Origin: Pseudomonadota bacterium | GTDB taxonomy: Bacteria > Myxococcota_A > UBA9160 > PR03 | Length of the DNA: 64,000 bases | Assembly (NCBI GenBank): GCA_003576805.1 | Contig: QEVM01000003.1 | Coordinates: forward strand, 1,016-65,015 | Direction: 5' to 3' | In this document: in pieces, positions 9,913 to 18,887 of the stretch | Numbering within the stretch: position 1 is the first letter of the stretch | Layout of the letters: each line of letters begins with the position of its first letter | Translations under genes and position numbers: made by a program | The notes under the pieces: model-generated | What the model saw: the letters and a program-made list of their open reading frames with translations, nothing else | Database searches by the model: none | What the model was told of the DNA's origin: nothing

Positions 9913-11628
9913 TCAGGCCTTCGGTCCGGCGTCGAAGGCGCGGTGGAAGCGCTCGAGCTGCTCGGCGCTGCCGAGCATCACCATCTCGCCGCCTTCCGGG
10001 AGCCGCGTCGCGCCGGTCGGGTTGGTCGTGAACTCGTCGCCGTGCTGGATCGCGATCACGTTGAGCCCGGTGCGATCGCCGATCTCGCTCTCCGCCAGCG
10101 TCCGGTCGGCGAGCGCGGGCGGGACGGGGATCGCGAACAGCTCGAACTGCTCGCCGAGCAGGATCAGCTCGCGGCCGCGCACCAGCGAGAACGCGTGCTC
10201 CGCGCCGAGCGACGCGTACGAGAGCACGAAGTCGGCGCCCGCGCGGTGGATCGCCTCGAGATTGCGCTCGTGGGTGATGCGGCTCACGATGCGCAGCTCG
10301 GGATTGAGGCGCCGGCAGTAGACCGCGAGGTAGATGTTCATCGCGTCGTCGTTGGTGGTGAGCAGCACGGACGGCGCGCGCTCGATGCCCGCCTCGACGA
10401 GCAACTCGCGGTCCTCGGCGTCGCCCTGGAAGACGCGGTCCGCGACGCCGGTGAGCGACGCGAACAGCCGCGGGTCGCGCTCGATCAGGTGCACGGGGAA
10501 CTCGCGGCGGCGCAGCTCGAGCGCCGCCGCGCGGCCGACCTTGCCGCCCCCGATCACGAGCGCCGGCTCCCAGTTGGCGTCGTAGATGACGAGCAGCGCG
10601 TCGAGCTCCGCGATCTGCTCGGCGCTGCCGACGACGACCGGAACGCAGGTCTCCGACAGCAGCAGGTCGGGCCGCGCCGGCTGGAGCCGGCCGCGCTCCC
10701 AGACGCCGATGAAGTTGACGCCGATCGCCTCGCGCAGCCCGGTCTCGCGGATCGTGCGGCCGGCGAAGCCGGTCTTGTGGATCGTGAACTCGGCGACGAG
10801 CAGGTCGCGGTAGCGCCCGATCACGTGCGTCTGCGCGTGGCCGACGTTCACGCGGTGCACCAGCAGCTCGCCGAGGCGGTGCTTCAGCGGCAGCACGTGC
10901 GATGCGCCCGAGAGCTGGAGGATGTCGACCGCGTCGTCGCTCTCGACGACCGCGGCGATCGGCACCTGCGGCGCCGTTTCGCGCACGGTCAGCACGATGT
11001 TGGTGTTGGTGGTGTCCTCGCGGTTCGCGAACACGAGCCGGGCGCGCTCCACGTGCAGCCGCTCGTAGGTCTCGCGCGCGTCGATGTCGCCGGTCACGAC
11101 GGAGACGCCGTCGCGGTGGAGCCGGCCCGCGGCCAGCGGGTCCGGCTCGATGACGAAGTACGGGATGCCGTAGAGCCGCAGCCGCTGCACCAGCCCCGGC
11201 GCGATGCTGTCCCACGCGCACACGATGACGTGGCCCTTCGTGTCCGCGGGCGCCTCGCGCGGCGCCTGGAGGCGCACCTGCGCCTCGAGCCACGGCGCGA
11301 AGAACAGGCTGATGAACGTGAACGGCAGCACGATCAGCAGCAGCACCACGCCCGACAGCAGCACCACCACGCTGAACACGCGCCCGACGTCGCTCTCGAA
11401 GGTGATGTCGCCGAAGCCCAGCGTCGTCATCACCGTGAGCGTCCAGTAGAAGCCGGAGATCCAGGAGTGGTCGCGCCCCTCGACCTCGCTCATGATCACG
11501 TGGAAGCCCACCGTGAAGAGCGCGATCACCGCGACGAGGAACGCGACGTAGCGCAGCAGCGAGGCGACGTTGCGCCGCGCCTCGCGTGCGCTCAGGAAGT
11601 AGGCGAGCTGCGCCGGCAAGAACTTCAC
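9913..11628 (-). CDS. Potassium channel with two RCK/TrkA-type cytoplasmic domains
   Basis: Selectivity filter 'TVMTTLGFGD'. Two TMs flank the pore helix. Two Rossmann-like 'VIGGGKVG'/'HVIVCAWD' RCK domains. The listed ORF extends upstream across the tRNA, so the start was trimmed to GTG 11628 (uncertain by a few codons). Confidence 0.85.
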   Translation of the reverse strand: MKFLPAQLAYFLSAREARRNVASLLRYVAFLVAVIALFTVGFHVIMSEVEGRDHSWISGFYWTLTVMTTLGFGDITFESDVGRVFSVVVLLSGVVLLLIVLPFTFISLFFAPWLEAQVRLQAPREAPADTKGHVIVCAWDSIAPGLVQRLRLYGIPYFVIEPDPLAAGRLHRDGVSVVTGDIDARETYERLHVERARLVFANREDTTNTNIVLTVRETAPQVPIAAVVESDDAVDILQLSGASHVLPLKHRLGELLVHRVNVGHAQTHVIGRYRDLLVAEFTIHKTGFAGRTIRETGLREAIGVNFIGVWERGRLQPARPDLLLSETCVPVVVGSAEQIAELDALLVIYDANWEPALVIGGGKVGRAAALELRRREFPVHLIERDPRLFASLTGVADRVFQGDAEDRELLVEAGIERAPSVLLTTNDDAMNIYLAVYCRRLNPELRIVSRITHERNLEAIHRAGADFVLSYASLGAEHAFSLVRGRELILLGEQFELFAIPVPPALADRTLAESEIGDRTGLNVIAIQHGDEFTTNPTGATRLPEGGEMVMLGSAEQLERFHRAFDAGPKA

Positions 11629-11744
11629 GCGCGCTCGCACCTTCGCACCGGCACCCGCCCAGCATACCGCGCTCGCACGCCGCCGCGGCGACGGCCGAGC
11701 GCCACGTGGCAGCGCCTGCACGCCTCGGGTATCCACTCTGATCC

Positions 11745-11821
11745 GCGCCGATAGCTCAGCTGGATAGAGCACCAGGCTTCGAACCTGGGGGTCGGGGGTT
11801 CGAATCCCTCTCGGCGCGCCA
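11745..11821 (+). tRNA. tRNA-Arg (anticodon TCG), CCA encoded
   Basis: Cloverleaf by hand: acceptor GCGCCGA/TCGGCGC, D-arm GCTC/GAGC, anticodon stem CCAGG/CCTGG with loop CT-TCG-AA, T-arm GGGGG-TTCGAAT-CCCTC, discriminator G + CCA. Confidence 0.9.
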
Positions 11822-11859
11822 GCCTCGCCTGGGTCCATTCCGGACACATGGTTTACAGA

Positions 11860-12199
11860 TCATTCCGGAGACATGTCGAAGAAGCCCAGATCGAAGTCGA
11901 GGAAGCTGACCAGCCACACCTGGTCCTCGACCTCCCGGATCCCAACGATCTGGCCGGCAAAGGCCGTGCTCAGGTTGATCTTTCGCCGCCCCATGCAGAT
12001 GCGCCCGCAGCGAGTCACCCGAATGAACTTGTCGTGGAACGGGTACTCCGGCTCGGGCGGCGGCTCGTAGACGCGGCTCGAGGGCGTATAGACCTCGCCG
12101 GGATAGGCGCCGCCCAAGGCCTGGTGCGGCCGCTCGTGGTTGTAAACCGCTGCGAAGCGGTCGAAGCGCTCTTGCTGCTGCAGGAAGTTGAACGACGGA
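11860..12199 (-). mobile_element. IS481-family transposase 3' fragment (integrase-core C-terminus only; pseudogene remnant)
   Basis: 'FAAVYNHERPHQALGGAYPGEVY...PEPEYPFHDKFIRVTRCGRI...LSTAFAGQIVGIREVEDQVWLVSFLDFDLGFFD' matches the conserved tail of IS481-type DDE transposases. No N-terminal HTH or catalytic region present. Lower GC than flanks. Lies 39 nt from tRNA-Arg. Confidence 0.7.
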
Positions 12200-13092
12200 G
12201 CCGCGACGCGACGCCGCATCGACAGCGCGCCCAGACACGCGGCTGCGACGGCGCCTGCGGCGGTCGCGCCGGGCTCGGGCGCCGCGGTCAGATAGTCCCA
12301 GCCCGACTCCGACGTCACCGCGACGTTCGCGATCGGGTTGCCCTGCAGGTCGGTCACGTACGCGGGCTCGAAGGTCGCGGCGATCGTGGCCTCGGTGAAC
12401 CCATTGACCTGGCCGCCCGACGGCGACGCCGTCGGTCCGAAGTACACCGAGAGCGACGGGCGCAGATCGATCAGCGTCTGGTTGCCGAACGCGAACGTCC
12501 AGACGAGCTCGTGCACTTCGTCGACGAGTGCCGAGAACTCCCAGATGATCTCGGGGTCATCGCACGGGATGTCCTGCGCGAGATTCGCGGCGTCCCCAAC
12601 GGCGCAGAGCCAGAAGAACGTGGCGCGGCCGGGCGGGAAGGGCGGCAGGTATTCCTGGGGCGCCGTCCACTGCACGACCGCGGCGCCCGCGATGCGCAAT
12701 GGAAGATGGAACTGCGCGAAGCCAGCCCCGCCCGTGACGACGAGCGTGTCGAAGAGCTGGCCGGATCCAGCCGCCGCCGCATTGTTGGAGCCGTCCGGGT
12801 AGATCGCGGAGAAGCCGCCCGAGCGCGCGTACCCCTGGAACTCCCCGTGGATCAGCGACGACGATCCCTCCGCCGAAAAGCTGAAGCCGGGATCCGCGTA
12901 CAGCCGCGAGAGGCTTGTGACTGCGGGGCCGGGCATTCGCAGCCCCGATCGATCGATCGAGCAGCCGCTGTGGCAGGCTCGACTCTCGCTGAGCACGTAC
13001 GGCGGGTACTCCTCCGTCGCGCGCGCGGGTCCCTGGGGCACGAGGCCGATGGCGATCATCCCGAACAACCAGGCGAACGCGCGCTTGGGCAT
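11860..13092 (-). CDS. Secreted PEP-CTERM protein whose frame runs on into a transposase remnant (chimeric, possibly disrupted gene)
   Basis: Signal peptide MPKRAFAWLFGMIAIGLV. Internal PEP-CTERM tag 'APEPGATAAGAVAAACLGALSMRRR' at nt 12208-12279. It is not followed by a stop; 115 further codons are transposase-derived. Confidence 0.65.
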   Translation of the reverse strand: MPKRAFAWLFGMIAIGLVPQGPARATEEYPPYVLSESRACHSGCSIDRSGLRMPGPAVTSLSRLYADPGFSFSAEGSSSLIHGEFQGYARSGGFSAIYPDGSNNAAAAGSGQLFDTLVVTGGAGFAQFHLPLRIAGAAVVQWTAPQEYLPPFPPGRATFFWLCAVGDAANLAQDIPCDDPEIIWEFSALVDEVHELVWTFAFGNQTLIDLRPSLSVYFGPTASPSGGQVNGFTEATIAATFEPAYVTDLQGNPIANVAVTSESGWDYLTAAPEPGATAAGAVAAACLGALSMRRRVAAPSFNFLQQQERFDRFAAVYNHERPHQALGGAYPGEVYTPSSRVYEPPPEPEYPFHDKFIRVTRCGRICMGRRKINLSTAFAGQIVGIREVEDQVWLVSFLDFDLGFFDMSPE

Positions 13093-13325
13093 GAGGCTCC
13101 GATGGTGTGGTGGAACGCGCGGAGCCTAGGCGCTTCCGCGCGCACCGCTCGGAATGCGACTCGCGACCGCAAGGCGCGCGCGATCCGCACGATGTGGATC
13201 GGCCCGACGTTCGCTCGGTAGGCGACGAAGGCCGGCTCCATGGACCTCGAAGAAGATGTCCTCGAGATCTGTTTCGCCGGCGCTGGCGAACGGGCCGTCG
13301 GAGAAGATGCGGCGCGACCACATAT

Positions 13326-13353
13326 TTGACTGACCCAACCAGTCATGTATCGT
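13326..13353 (+). promoter_or_regulatory. Candidate sigma70-type promoter overlapped by an inverted repeat (putative TetR operator)
   Basis: TTGACT (13326-13331), 16 nt spacer, TATCGT (13348-13353). TGACTG-N7-CAGTCA inverted repeat at 13327-13345. AT-rich island about 40 nt upstream of the TetR start. Confidence 0.35.
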
Positions 13354-13390
13354 TCTGCGGACCGGGCGTACGGCCCGGGCGGAGGACCGC

Positions 13391-14086
13391 ATGGCGCGCC
13401 GAGCCCCGCCCGATCGCTTCCAGGACATGATCGAGGCCGCGACGCGCGTCTTCATCGCGCAGGGCTATCGACGCACGCAGATGGTGGACGTCGCCGACGC
13501 CATGGGGGTCGCGAAGGGCACGCTCTACCTCTACGTCGAGAGCAAGGAAGCGCTGTTCGACGCGGCCGTGCGGCATGCCGACCAGCCGCGTCCGATTCCG
13601 GCGCCCGCCGCGCTTCCGCTGCGAACGCCGAGGCCCGAGGACACGCTCGCGGAGGTCGAGCGGCGGCTGGTCGAAGGCGGTGCGCTTCCCGCGCTCGCCG
13701 CCGCGCTGGCCCGATCCCGTGTCGTGGACGTGCGCGCCGAGCTGGAAGCCGTCCTGCGCGAGCTCTACGGCGCGCTCGCCCGTCATCGCAACGGGATCAA
13801 GCTCCTCGATCGCTGCGCGCTCGACTATCCCGAGCTCGCGAAGCTCTGGTACGGGGCCGGTCGCGAAGGCGCTCTCGCGCTGCTCACTCGCTACCTCGAG
13901 GAGCGCGCCCGCCGCGGTCGCGTGCGCCGCTTCGAGGACGCCGCCGTCGCGGCGCGCGTCGTGCTCGAGACCCTGATCTTCTGGGCCGTTCACCGGCACT
14001 GGGATCCGCATCCGCAGGTCGTCGACGACGCCACTGCGGAACGCACCGCGATCGAATTCGTCCTCGGCGCGCTCGTGAAGGAGTGA
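13391..14086 (+). CDS. TetR/AcrR-family transcriptional regulator
   Basis: N-terminal HTH 'FIAQGYRRTQMVDVADAMGVAKGTLYLYVESKEALF' is a textbook TetR_N motif. Confidence 0.9.
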   Translation: MARRAPPDRFQDMIEAATRVFIAQGYRRTQMVDVADAMGVAKGTLYLYVESKEALFDAAVRHADQPRPIPAPAALPLRTPRPEDTLAEVERRLVEGGALPALAAALARSRVVDVRAELEAVLRELYGALARHRNGIKLLDRCALDYPELAKLWYGAGREGALALLTRYLEERARRGRVRRFEDAAVAARVVLETLIFWAVHRHWDPHPQVVDDATAERTAIEFVLGALVKE

Positions 14087-14089
14087 GAC

Positions 14090-15820
14090 ATGGCGGAGAG
14101 TTCGAACGGCCGGCGCCACGACATCGACTGGTTGAGGATCGCGGCCACCTACCTGCTGCTCTTCTTCCACGTCGGCATGGTCTTCAATCCGGCGCCCTTC
14201 TATCACATCCGCAACGCCGACCAGTCCTTCGCGATGCTGGTCGTCTGCGGCTTCGTCAGCCTCTGGCACATGCCGCTCTTCTTCCTGCTGGCGGGCTGGT
14301 CCGCCTTCTCCTCGCTCTCCGTTCGCGGCGCCGGCGGGTTCCTGCGCGAGCGCGTCTTCCGGCTCTTCGTCCCGCTCGTCGCCGGCTGCGTCTTGCTGAT
14401 GCCGGCGATCAAGTACCTGGAGCTCTCCAGCGGGCTCGATGCGAACTACACCGGCCTCTACGTCGCCCCACACTTGCAGGAGGGGTTCCGAGAGGTCGTC
14501 CCGGCCGGCCTGCCGGTCGCGGCGCCGTTCGACGAAAGCTTCTTCGAGTTCTTGCCCACCTTCTTCACCGAGCCGGCGCGCTTCACGTGGGCGCATCTGT
14601 GGTTCGTCGCCTACCTGCTCACCTTCACGCTGCTCTATCTGCCGTTGTTCCGTCGCATTCGCGACTCGCGCGGACGCTTCGAGCGCGGCGTCTCCGCCGT
14701 CTGGGTCTACGCGCCGGTCGTGCCGCTCGCGATCGTGCAGGTCACGATGCGGGAGCGCTGGCCGGGTCTCCAGACGCTGATCGACGATTGGGCGAACTTC
14801 GCGTACTACAGCATCTTCCTGATCGCCGGCTTCGCGCTGGCACGCTTCCCCGCTCTCGAAGAAGCAGTGCACCGAGAGCGCAAGCGCGCGCTCGGGATCG
14901 CGCTGGCCGCATCCTCGGTTCTGCTGCTCGGCGTGCTGGGCGTCTTCTCGTCACCCGCGATCCTGCTCGCCCACACGGCGATCGCCGGCTGGTGTTTCGT
15001 GCTCGCGCTGCTCGGATGGGCGCGCCAGAAGCTCTCGTTCACGACCCCTGCGCTCGGGTACCTCGCCGAATCCGCCTTCCCGATCTATCTGCTGCACCAG
15101 TCGGCCATCGTGGTGCCCGGGTACTTCTTGATTCGCGCGCCGTTCGGGCTGTGGACGAAGCTCTTCCTTCTCCTCGCCGTCGCCACGGCGACCACGATGG
15201 CGATCTACCACGTGCTGGTGCGGCCCTTCGCGGTTCCGCGATTCCTGTGCGGGATGAAGCCGAGGCGCAGTCCGGTGCGCCAGCGACTCGCGGTGGGGCT
15301 GGCCGGCACCGGCGCTGCGCTGGCTCTCGTCCTCGCGGCCGGGACCACGCCCGCGAGCGAGACAGTGCAGAAGCGCCCCGCGCCTCCGTTCGGCCGCTGG
15401 TACGCCGAAGGGGGCGCTGCGCAGGTCGAGATCACGGACTGCGACGGCCGACTCTGCGGGCGCGTCGTCTCGCTGCGCTCTCCCTTCGACGAGAACGGCT
15501 GCGCGCTGCGCGACGTCAACAACCCGGCTGCGCCGGAGCGGAGCCGGCCGCTGCTCGGCCTGCAGATCCTGCATGCAGCCGAGCGCGCGCACGGAGACGG
15601 ACCGGATTGGATCGGGACGATCTACGATCCGGGAAGCGGGCGCACGTACCGCTGTGAGATCCGTTCCGACGGCGCCGACCGCCTGCAGCTGCGCGGCTAC
15701 GTCGGCGTACCGCTGATCGGGCGCACCACGACGTGGATCCGTGTCGGCCGCGAAGACGACATGTGCCGGCAGACGGATCGGCCCGAAGCCGCGACGCTGC
15801 ACGGGGAGAATTCATCCTGA
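14090..15820 (+). CDS. Acyltransferase family 3 (10-TM, OpgC/OafA-like) fused to a C-terminal DUF2147 domain
   Basis: 'RRHDIDWLRIAATYLLLFFHVGMVF' is the AT3 signature, followed by about 10 hydrophobic segments. C-terminal 'GRWYAEGGAAQVEITDCDGRLCGRVV...GTIYDPGSGRTYRCEIR...LQLRGYVGVPLIGRTTTW' matches DUF2147. Starts 4 nt after the TetR stop. Confidence 0.8.
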   Translation: MAESSNGRRHDIDWLRIAATYLLLFFHVGMVFNPAPFYHIRNADQSFAMLVVCGFVSLWHMPLFFLLAGWSAFSSLSVRGAGGFLRERVFRLFVPLVAGCVLLMPAIKYLELSSGLDANYTGLYVAPHLQEGFREVVPAGLPVAAPFDESFFEFLPTFFTEPARFTWAHLWFVAYLLTFTLLYLPLFRRIRDSRGRFERGVSAVWVYAPVVPLAIVQVTMRERWPGLQTLIDDWANFAYYSIFLIAGFALARFPALEEAVHRERKRALGIALAASSVLLLGVLGVFSSPAILLAHTAIAGWCFVLALLGWARQKLSFTTPALGYLAESAFPIYLLHQSAIVVPGYFLIRAPFGLWTKLFLLLAVATATTMAIYHVLVRPFAVPRFLCGMKPRRSPVRQRLAVGLAGTGAALALVLAAGTTPASETVQKRPAPPFGRWYAEGGAAQVEITDCDGRLCGRVVSLRSPFDENGCALRDVNNPAAPERSRPLLGLQILHAAERAHGDGPDWIGTIYDPGSGRTYRCEIRSDGADRLQLRGYVGVPLIGRTTTWIRVGREDDMCRQTDRPEAATLHGENSS

Positions 15821-15854
15821 AGTCGGCTTCCGCGCCGCGACGAAAGGCGCAGAC

Positions 15855-16655
15855 GTGAACGGGGCGGGAGAGACCACCTATCAGCTCGTGCGCATCCTGT
15901 GCCTGGCCGCCGCCATCGCGATCGGCCTCGCCATGGAGCGATGGCGTCCTCACGCGCGTCTGCGCCCCGCCTGGCGCACCAACCTGGGTCTTTGGGCGGT
16001 CGATTCGGTCGCGATGGCGACCGTCTGCGGCGCCTGCGGCTGGATCGTGGCCGCGTGGGCCGCGTCGGCGGGACTCGGGTTGCTGACCTGGGCCGGCGCA
16101 GGAACGGCGCTCGCCGTGGGAGTCGGCGTGCTCGGTCTCGACGCGGTCTCGTATGCCTGGCACCGCGCCAACCACCGCCTGCCACTGCTCTGGCGCTTCC
16201 ATCAGGTGCACCACGGGGACGAGAGCTTCCACGTGACGACGGCTCTCCGCTTCCACCCGGGTGAGCTGCTGCTCGCGCTCCCCGTACGGCTCGCGGCGAT
16301 CGTCCTCCTCGGCGTGCCGCCCGCGGGCGTCCTCGTGTTCGAATCCATCTTCGGAGTGGCCAACCTGCTCGAGCACGGGAACTTCGATCTGCCGCGCCGC
16401 GTCGAGCCGATGGTGCGGCGGCTGTTCGTGACGCCGTCGCTGCATCGCGGGCATCACGCCTCCGACTGGCGCGAGCTCGACACGAACTTCGGAACCGTCT
16501 TCTCGTTCTGGGATCGCGTCGCCGGGACGTTTCGCGCGAGCGCTCCCGATCGACGCGTGACGACCGGCCTGCCGGATCGTTCGACGCGCGATGCGACGAC
16601 GCTGTCCGCGTGGTTGGTCCTACCGTTCGAACGTTCGCGCAGGCCCCTGCACTGA
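15855..16655 (+). CDS. Fatty-acid hydroxylase / sterol desaturase superfamily membrane di-iron enzyme
   Basis: His boxes 'WHRANH', 'FHQVHHGD' and 'HRGHH'. Start set to GTG 15855, the first start after the upstream stop. Confidence 0.8.
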   Translation: MNGAGETTYQLVRILCLAAAIAIGLAMERWRPHARLRPAWRTNLGLWAVDSVAMATVCGACGWIVAAWAASAGLGLLTWAGAGTALAVGVGVLGLDAVSYAWHRANHRLPLLWRFHQVHHGDESFHVTTALRFHPGELLLALPVRLAAIVLLGVPPAGVLVFESIFGVANLLEHGNFDLPRRVEPMVRRLFVTPSLHRGHHASDWRELDTNFGTVFSFWDRVAGTFRASAPDRRVTTGLPDRSTRDATTLSAWLVLPFERSRRPLH

Positions 16656-16895
16656 TCGACGTCCCGGCGGCGCTCGTGACGAAGATCATCGTCCCGCGCT
16701 CCTCGAGGAGATCGCGCCGGGAGGGTCGCGCGACGCGCATGCCTCTCTTCCAAGAGCAACTCATCGGCTCGATGGTGCGGCGAGCCAACGACTCGCGCGA
16801 CCGCTCGCCGCAACGTCGAATGCCGGCACCGAAGCCCGCGGCTCGCCGTGATACCCTGCTCTCCGGCGCACCGGAGCGGACGGGCAGGATCGCCC

Positions 16896-18869
16896 ATGCT
16901 TCCGACCCTTCGACTCACTCGCGCGAGCGCGCGGCGGCTGGTCGCGGAACCGGTCGCAGAGCTGGCCGCGCGCGCGGCGCTCGCGTGCGCGTTGGCCGTC
17001 GCGCCCGCCGCGAGCGCGATCACCGGCATCGCCCATTCCACCTATCTCGGCGGCAGCAACAACGAGGCCGACGTGCCGCTCGGCGGGAGCGAGGTCGCGC
17101 TCGCCGTCGACGGGCTCGGCAATCTCTACGTCGCCGGCACCACGGCCTCCGCCGACTTCCCGACGACGCCCGGCGCCGACGACGCGCTCGACGGGCCGCT
17201 CGACCTCTTCGTGACGAAGCTCGACCCGAGCGGATCGCCCGTCTACTCGACGTACCTGGGCGGGCCGTGCGGCGACGTCGCGCGCGACGTCGCGGTCGAC
17301 GCCGACGGCAACGCCTATGTGACCGGGCGGACCGGCAGCGACTGTCCCTTCGGCGGCGAGAGCGGCGTCCTCGTCGCGAAGCTCGATCCCGCCGGCGCAC
17401 CGCTCTACACCGCGGTGTTCGGCGGAAGGCTCGCGGACACGTCGAGCGGCCAGGCGATCGCGGTCGACGAACTCGGCCAGGCGTACGTCACCGGGACGGT
17501 GCTGACGTCGTCGCACGACTTCCCGACGACGGAAGGCGCGTACCGGCAGGACGAGTGCGCCAACGTCTACTCCTTCGCCGCCGACGTGTTCGTCGCGAAG
17601 CTCGCCGCCGACGGCGACTCGCTCCTGTACTCGACGATCGTGTGCGGCAGCGGCGACGACGTGCCGAGCGGCATCGCGATCGACGCGCTCGGCACCGCGT
17701 ACGTCGGCGGCGCCACGGCGTCGAGCGACTTCCCGGCGGTCGCAGCGTTGCAGCCCGAGAACCGCACCGGCGCGGTCGCGGTGACGGGCTTCGTCTTCGC
17801 GCTCGCGCCGGACGGCTCGGACCTCGTCTTCTCGACGTACCTCGGCGGATCGACGAACGACACGGTGCAGGGCGTCGCGCTCGACGCGCAGCGCAACCTG
17901 TTCGTGACGGGCGAGACGCAGTCGGACGACTTTCCCACGACCGCCGGCGTCGTCCAGGAGCAGGCCGGAACCCGGCACTGCATCCAGACCTGCACCGACG
18001 CCTTCGTGACCAAGATCGCCGCGGGCGGCGGCGCCCTCGTCTACTCGACCTATCTCTTCGGCGAGCTCGACGACGCGGCGCGCGAGATCGCCGTCGACGT
18101 CGACGGGCGCGCGCACGTCGTCGGCGCGACCAGCTCGCTCTACTTCCCGCTCGCCGGCGCGTTCCAGACCACCAACCGGGGGCTCGCCGACGTCTTCGTC
18201 GCGACGCTCGCGCCCGACGCGTCGCGGATCGTCTTCTCCACGTACCTCGGCGGCAGCAAGCCTCCGGAGAGCGTCGGCGCCGGCTGGGACGAGGGCTGGG
18301 ACATCGCGCTCGGCGCGGGCGGCGACGTGCACGTCGCCGGCTACACGCAGTCGCACGACTTCCCGACGACGCCCGGCGCCGCCCAGCCCGCGCTCGGCGG
18401 CGGCGTCTGCGACTTCCTCGGCACCCCGTGCGGCGACGTCTTCGTCACGACCGTCGCGGCCGATGCGGCGGGCCCCGTGCCGCCGGTCTCCGTCTCGGTG
18501 ACACCGAGCAACGTCGCTGCGGGCGGCGCGCTGCAAGTGAGCTGGGCCGGCATCACCGCCCCGACGCCCGACGATCACCTGCGCGTGTGCGCCCTCGGTG
18601 CGCCGACCGACAGCCTGTGCGCCGTGCAGCAGTCGTGGCCGACCGGCGCCGCGGCGGGCGGCGCGCTGGAGATCGCGCTCCCCGCCGAGCTCGCGCCCGG
18701 CCTCTACGACGTCCGGCTGATGAGCCCGGACGCGGACTTCTACGGACTGCTGGAGCCGATCGGCCGCAGCGAGCCGATCCAGGTCGCTCCCGAGCCGGGC
18801 CGCGCGCCGATCGCAGGCGCGGCGCTCGTCGCGCTGGCGCTCGTCGCACGTGCTCGAAGGCGCTGGTGA
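16896..18869 (+). CDS. SBBP beta-propeller-repeat protein with C-terminal PEP-CTERM sorting tag
   Basis: Reiterated 'STYLGG...D.A.D..GNAYVTG.T.S.DFPTT.GA' repeats. Tail 'APEPGRAPIAGAALVALALVARARRRW' at 18786-18866. Confidence 0.8.
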   Translation: MLPTLRLTRASARRLVAEPVAELAARAALACALAVAPAASAITGIAHSTYLGGSNNEADVPLGGSEVALAVDGLGNLYVAGTTASADFPTTPGADDALDGPLDLFVTKLDPSGSPVYSTYLGGPCGDVARDVAVDADGNAYVTGRTGSDCPFGGESGVLVAKLDPAGAPLYTAVFGGRLADTSSGQAIAVDELGQAYVTGTVLTSSHDFPTTEGAYRQDECANVYSFAADVFVAKLAADGDSLLYSTIVCGSGDDVPSGIAIDALGTAYVGGATASSDFPAVAALQPENRTGAVAVTGFVFALAPDGSDLVFSTYLGGSTNDTVQGVALDAQRNLFVTGETQSDDFPTTAGVVQEQAGTRHCIQTCTDAFVTKIAAGGGALVYSTYLFGELDDAAREIAVDVDGRAHVVGATSSLYFPLAGAFQTTNRGLADVFVATLAPDASRIVFSTYLGGSKPPESVGAGWDEGWDIALGAGGDVHVAGYTQSHDFPTTPGAAQPALGGGVCDFLGTPCGDVFVTTVAADAAGPVPPVSVSVTPSNVAAGGALQVSWAGITAPTPDDHLRVCALGAPTDSLCAVQQSWPTGAAAGGALEIALPAELAPGLYDVRLMSPDADFYGLLEPIGRSEPIQVAPEPGRAPIAGAALVALALVARARRRW

Positions 18870-18887
18870 TCATCCGCTTCGCCGAGA

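Noticed and set aside
9913-11847. Full 644-aa version of the K+ channel ORF, and the 74-aa ORF 11625-11849
   Set aside because: The N-terminal extension and the small ORF run antisense through the tRNA-Arg gene. The channel start was trimmed to GTG 11628.
13056-13346. Possible frameshifted ParE/RelE-like toxin remnant ('AFVAYRANVGPIHIVRIA' and 'ETDLEDIFF' in two minus-strand frames)
   Set aside because: The similarity is only a few residues long and would need a frameshift, and no antitoxin partner is present. The region is more simply the divergent promoter region between the PEP-CTERM and TetR genes.
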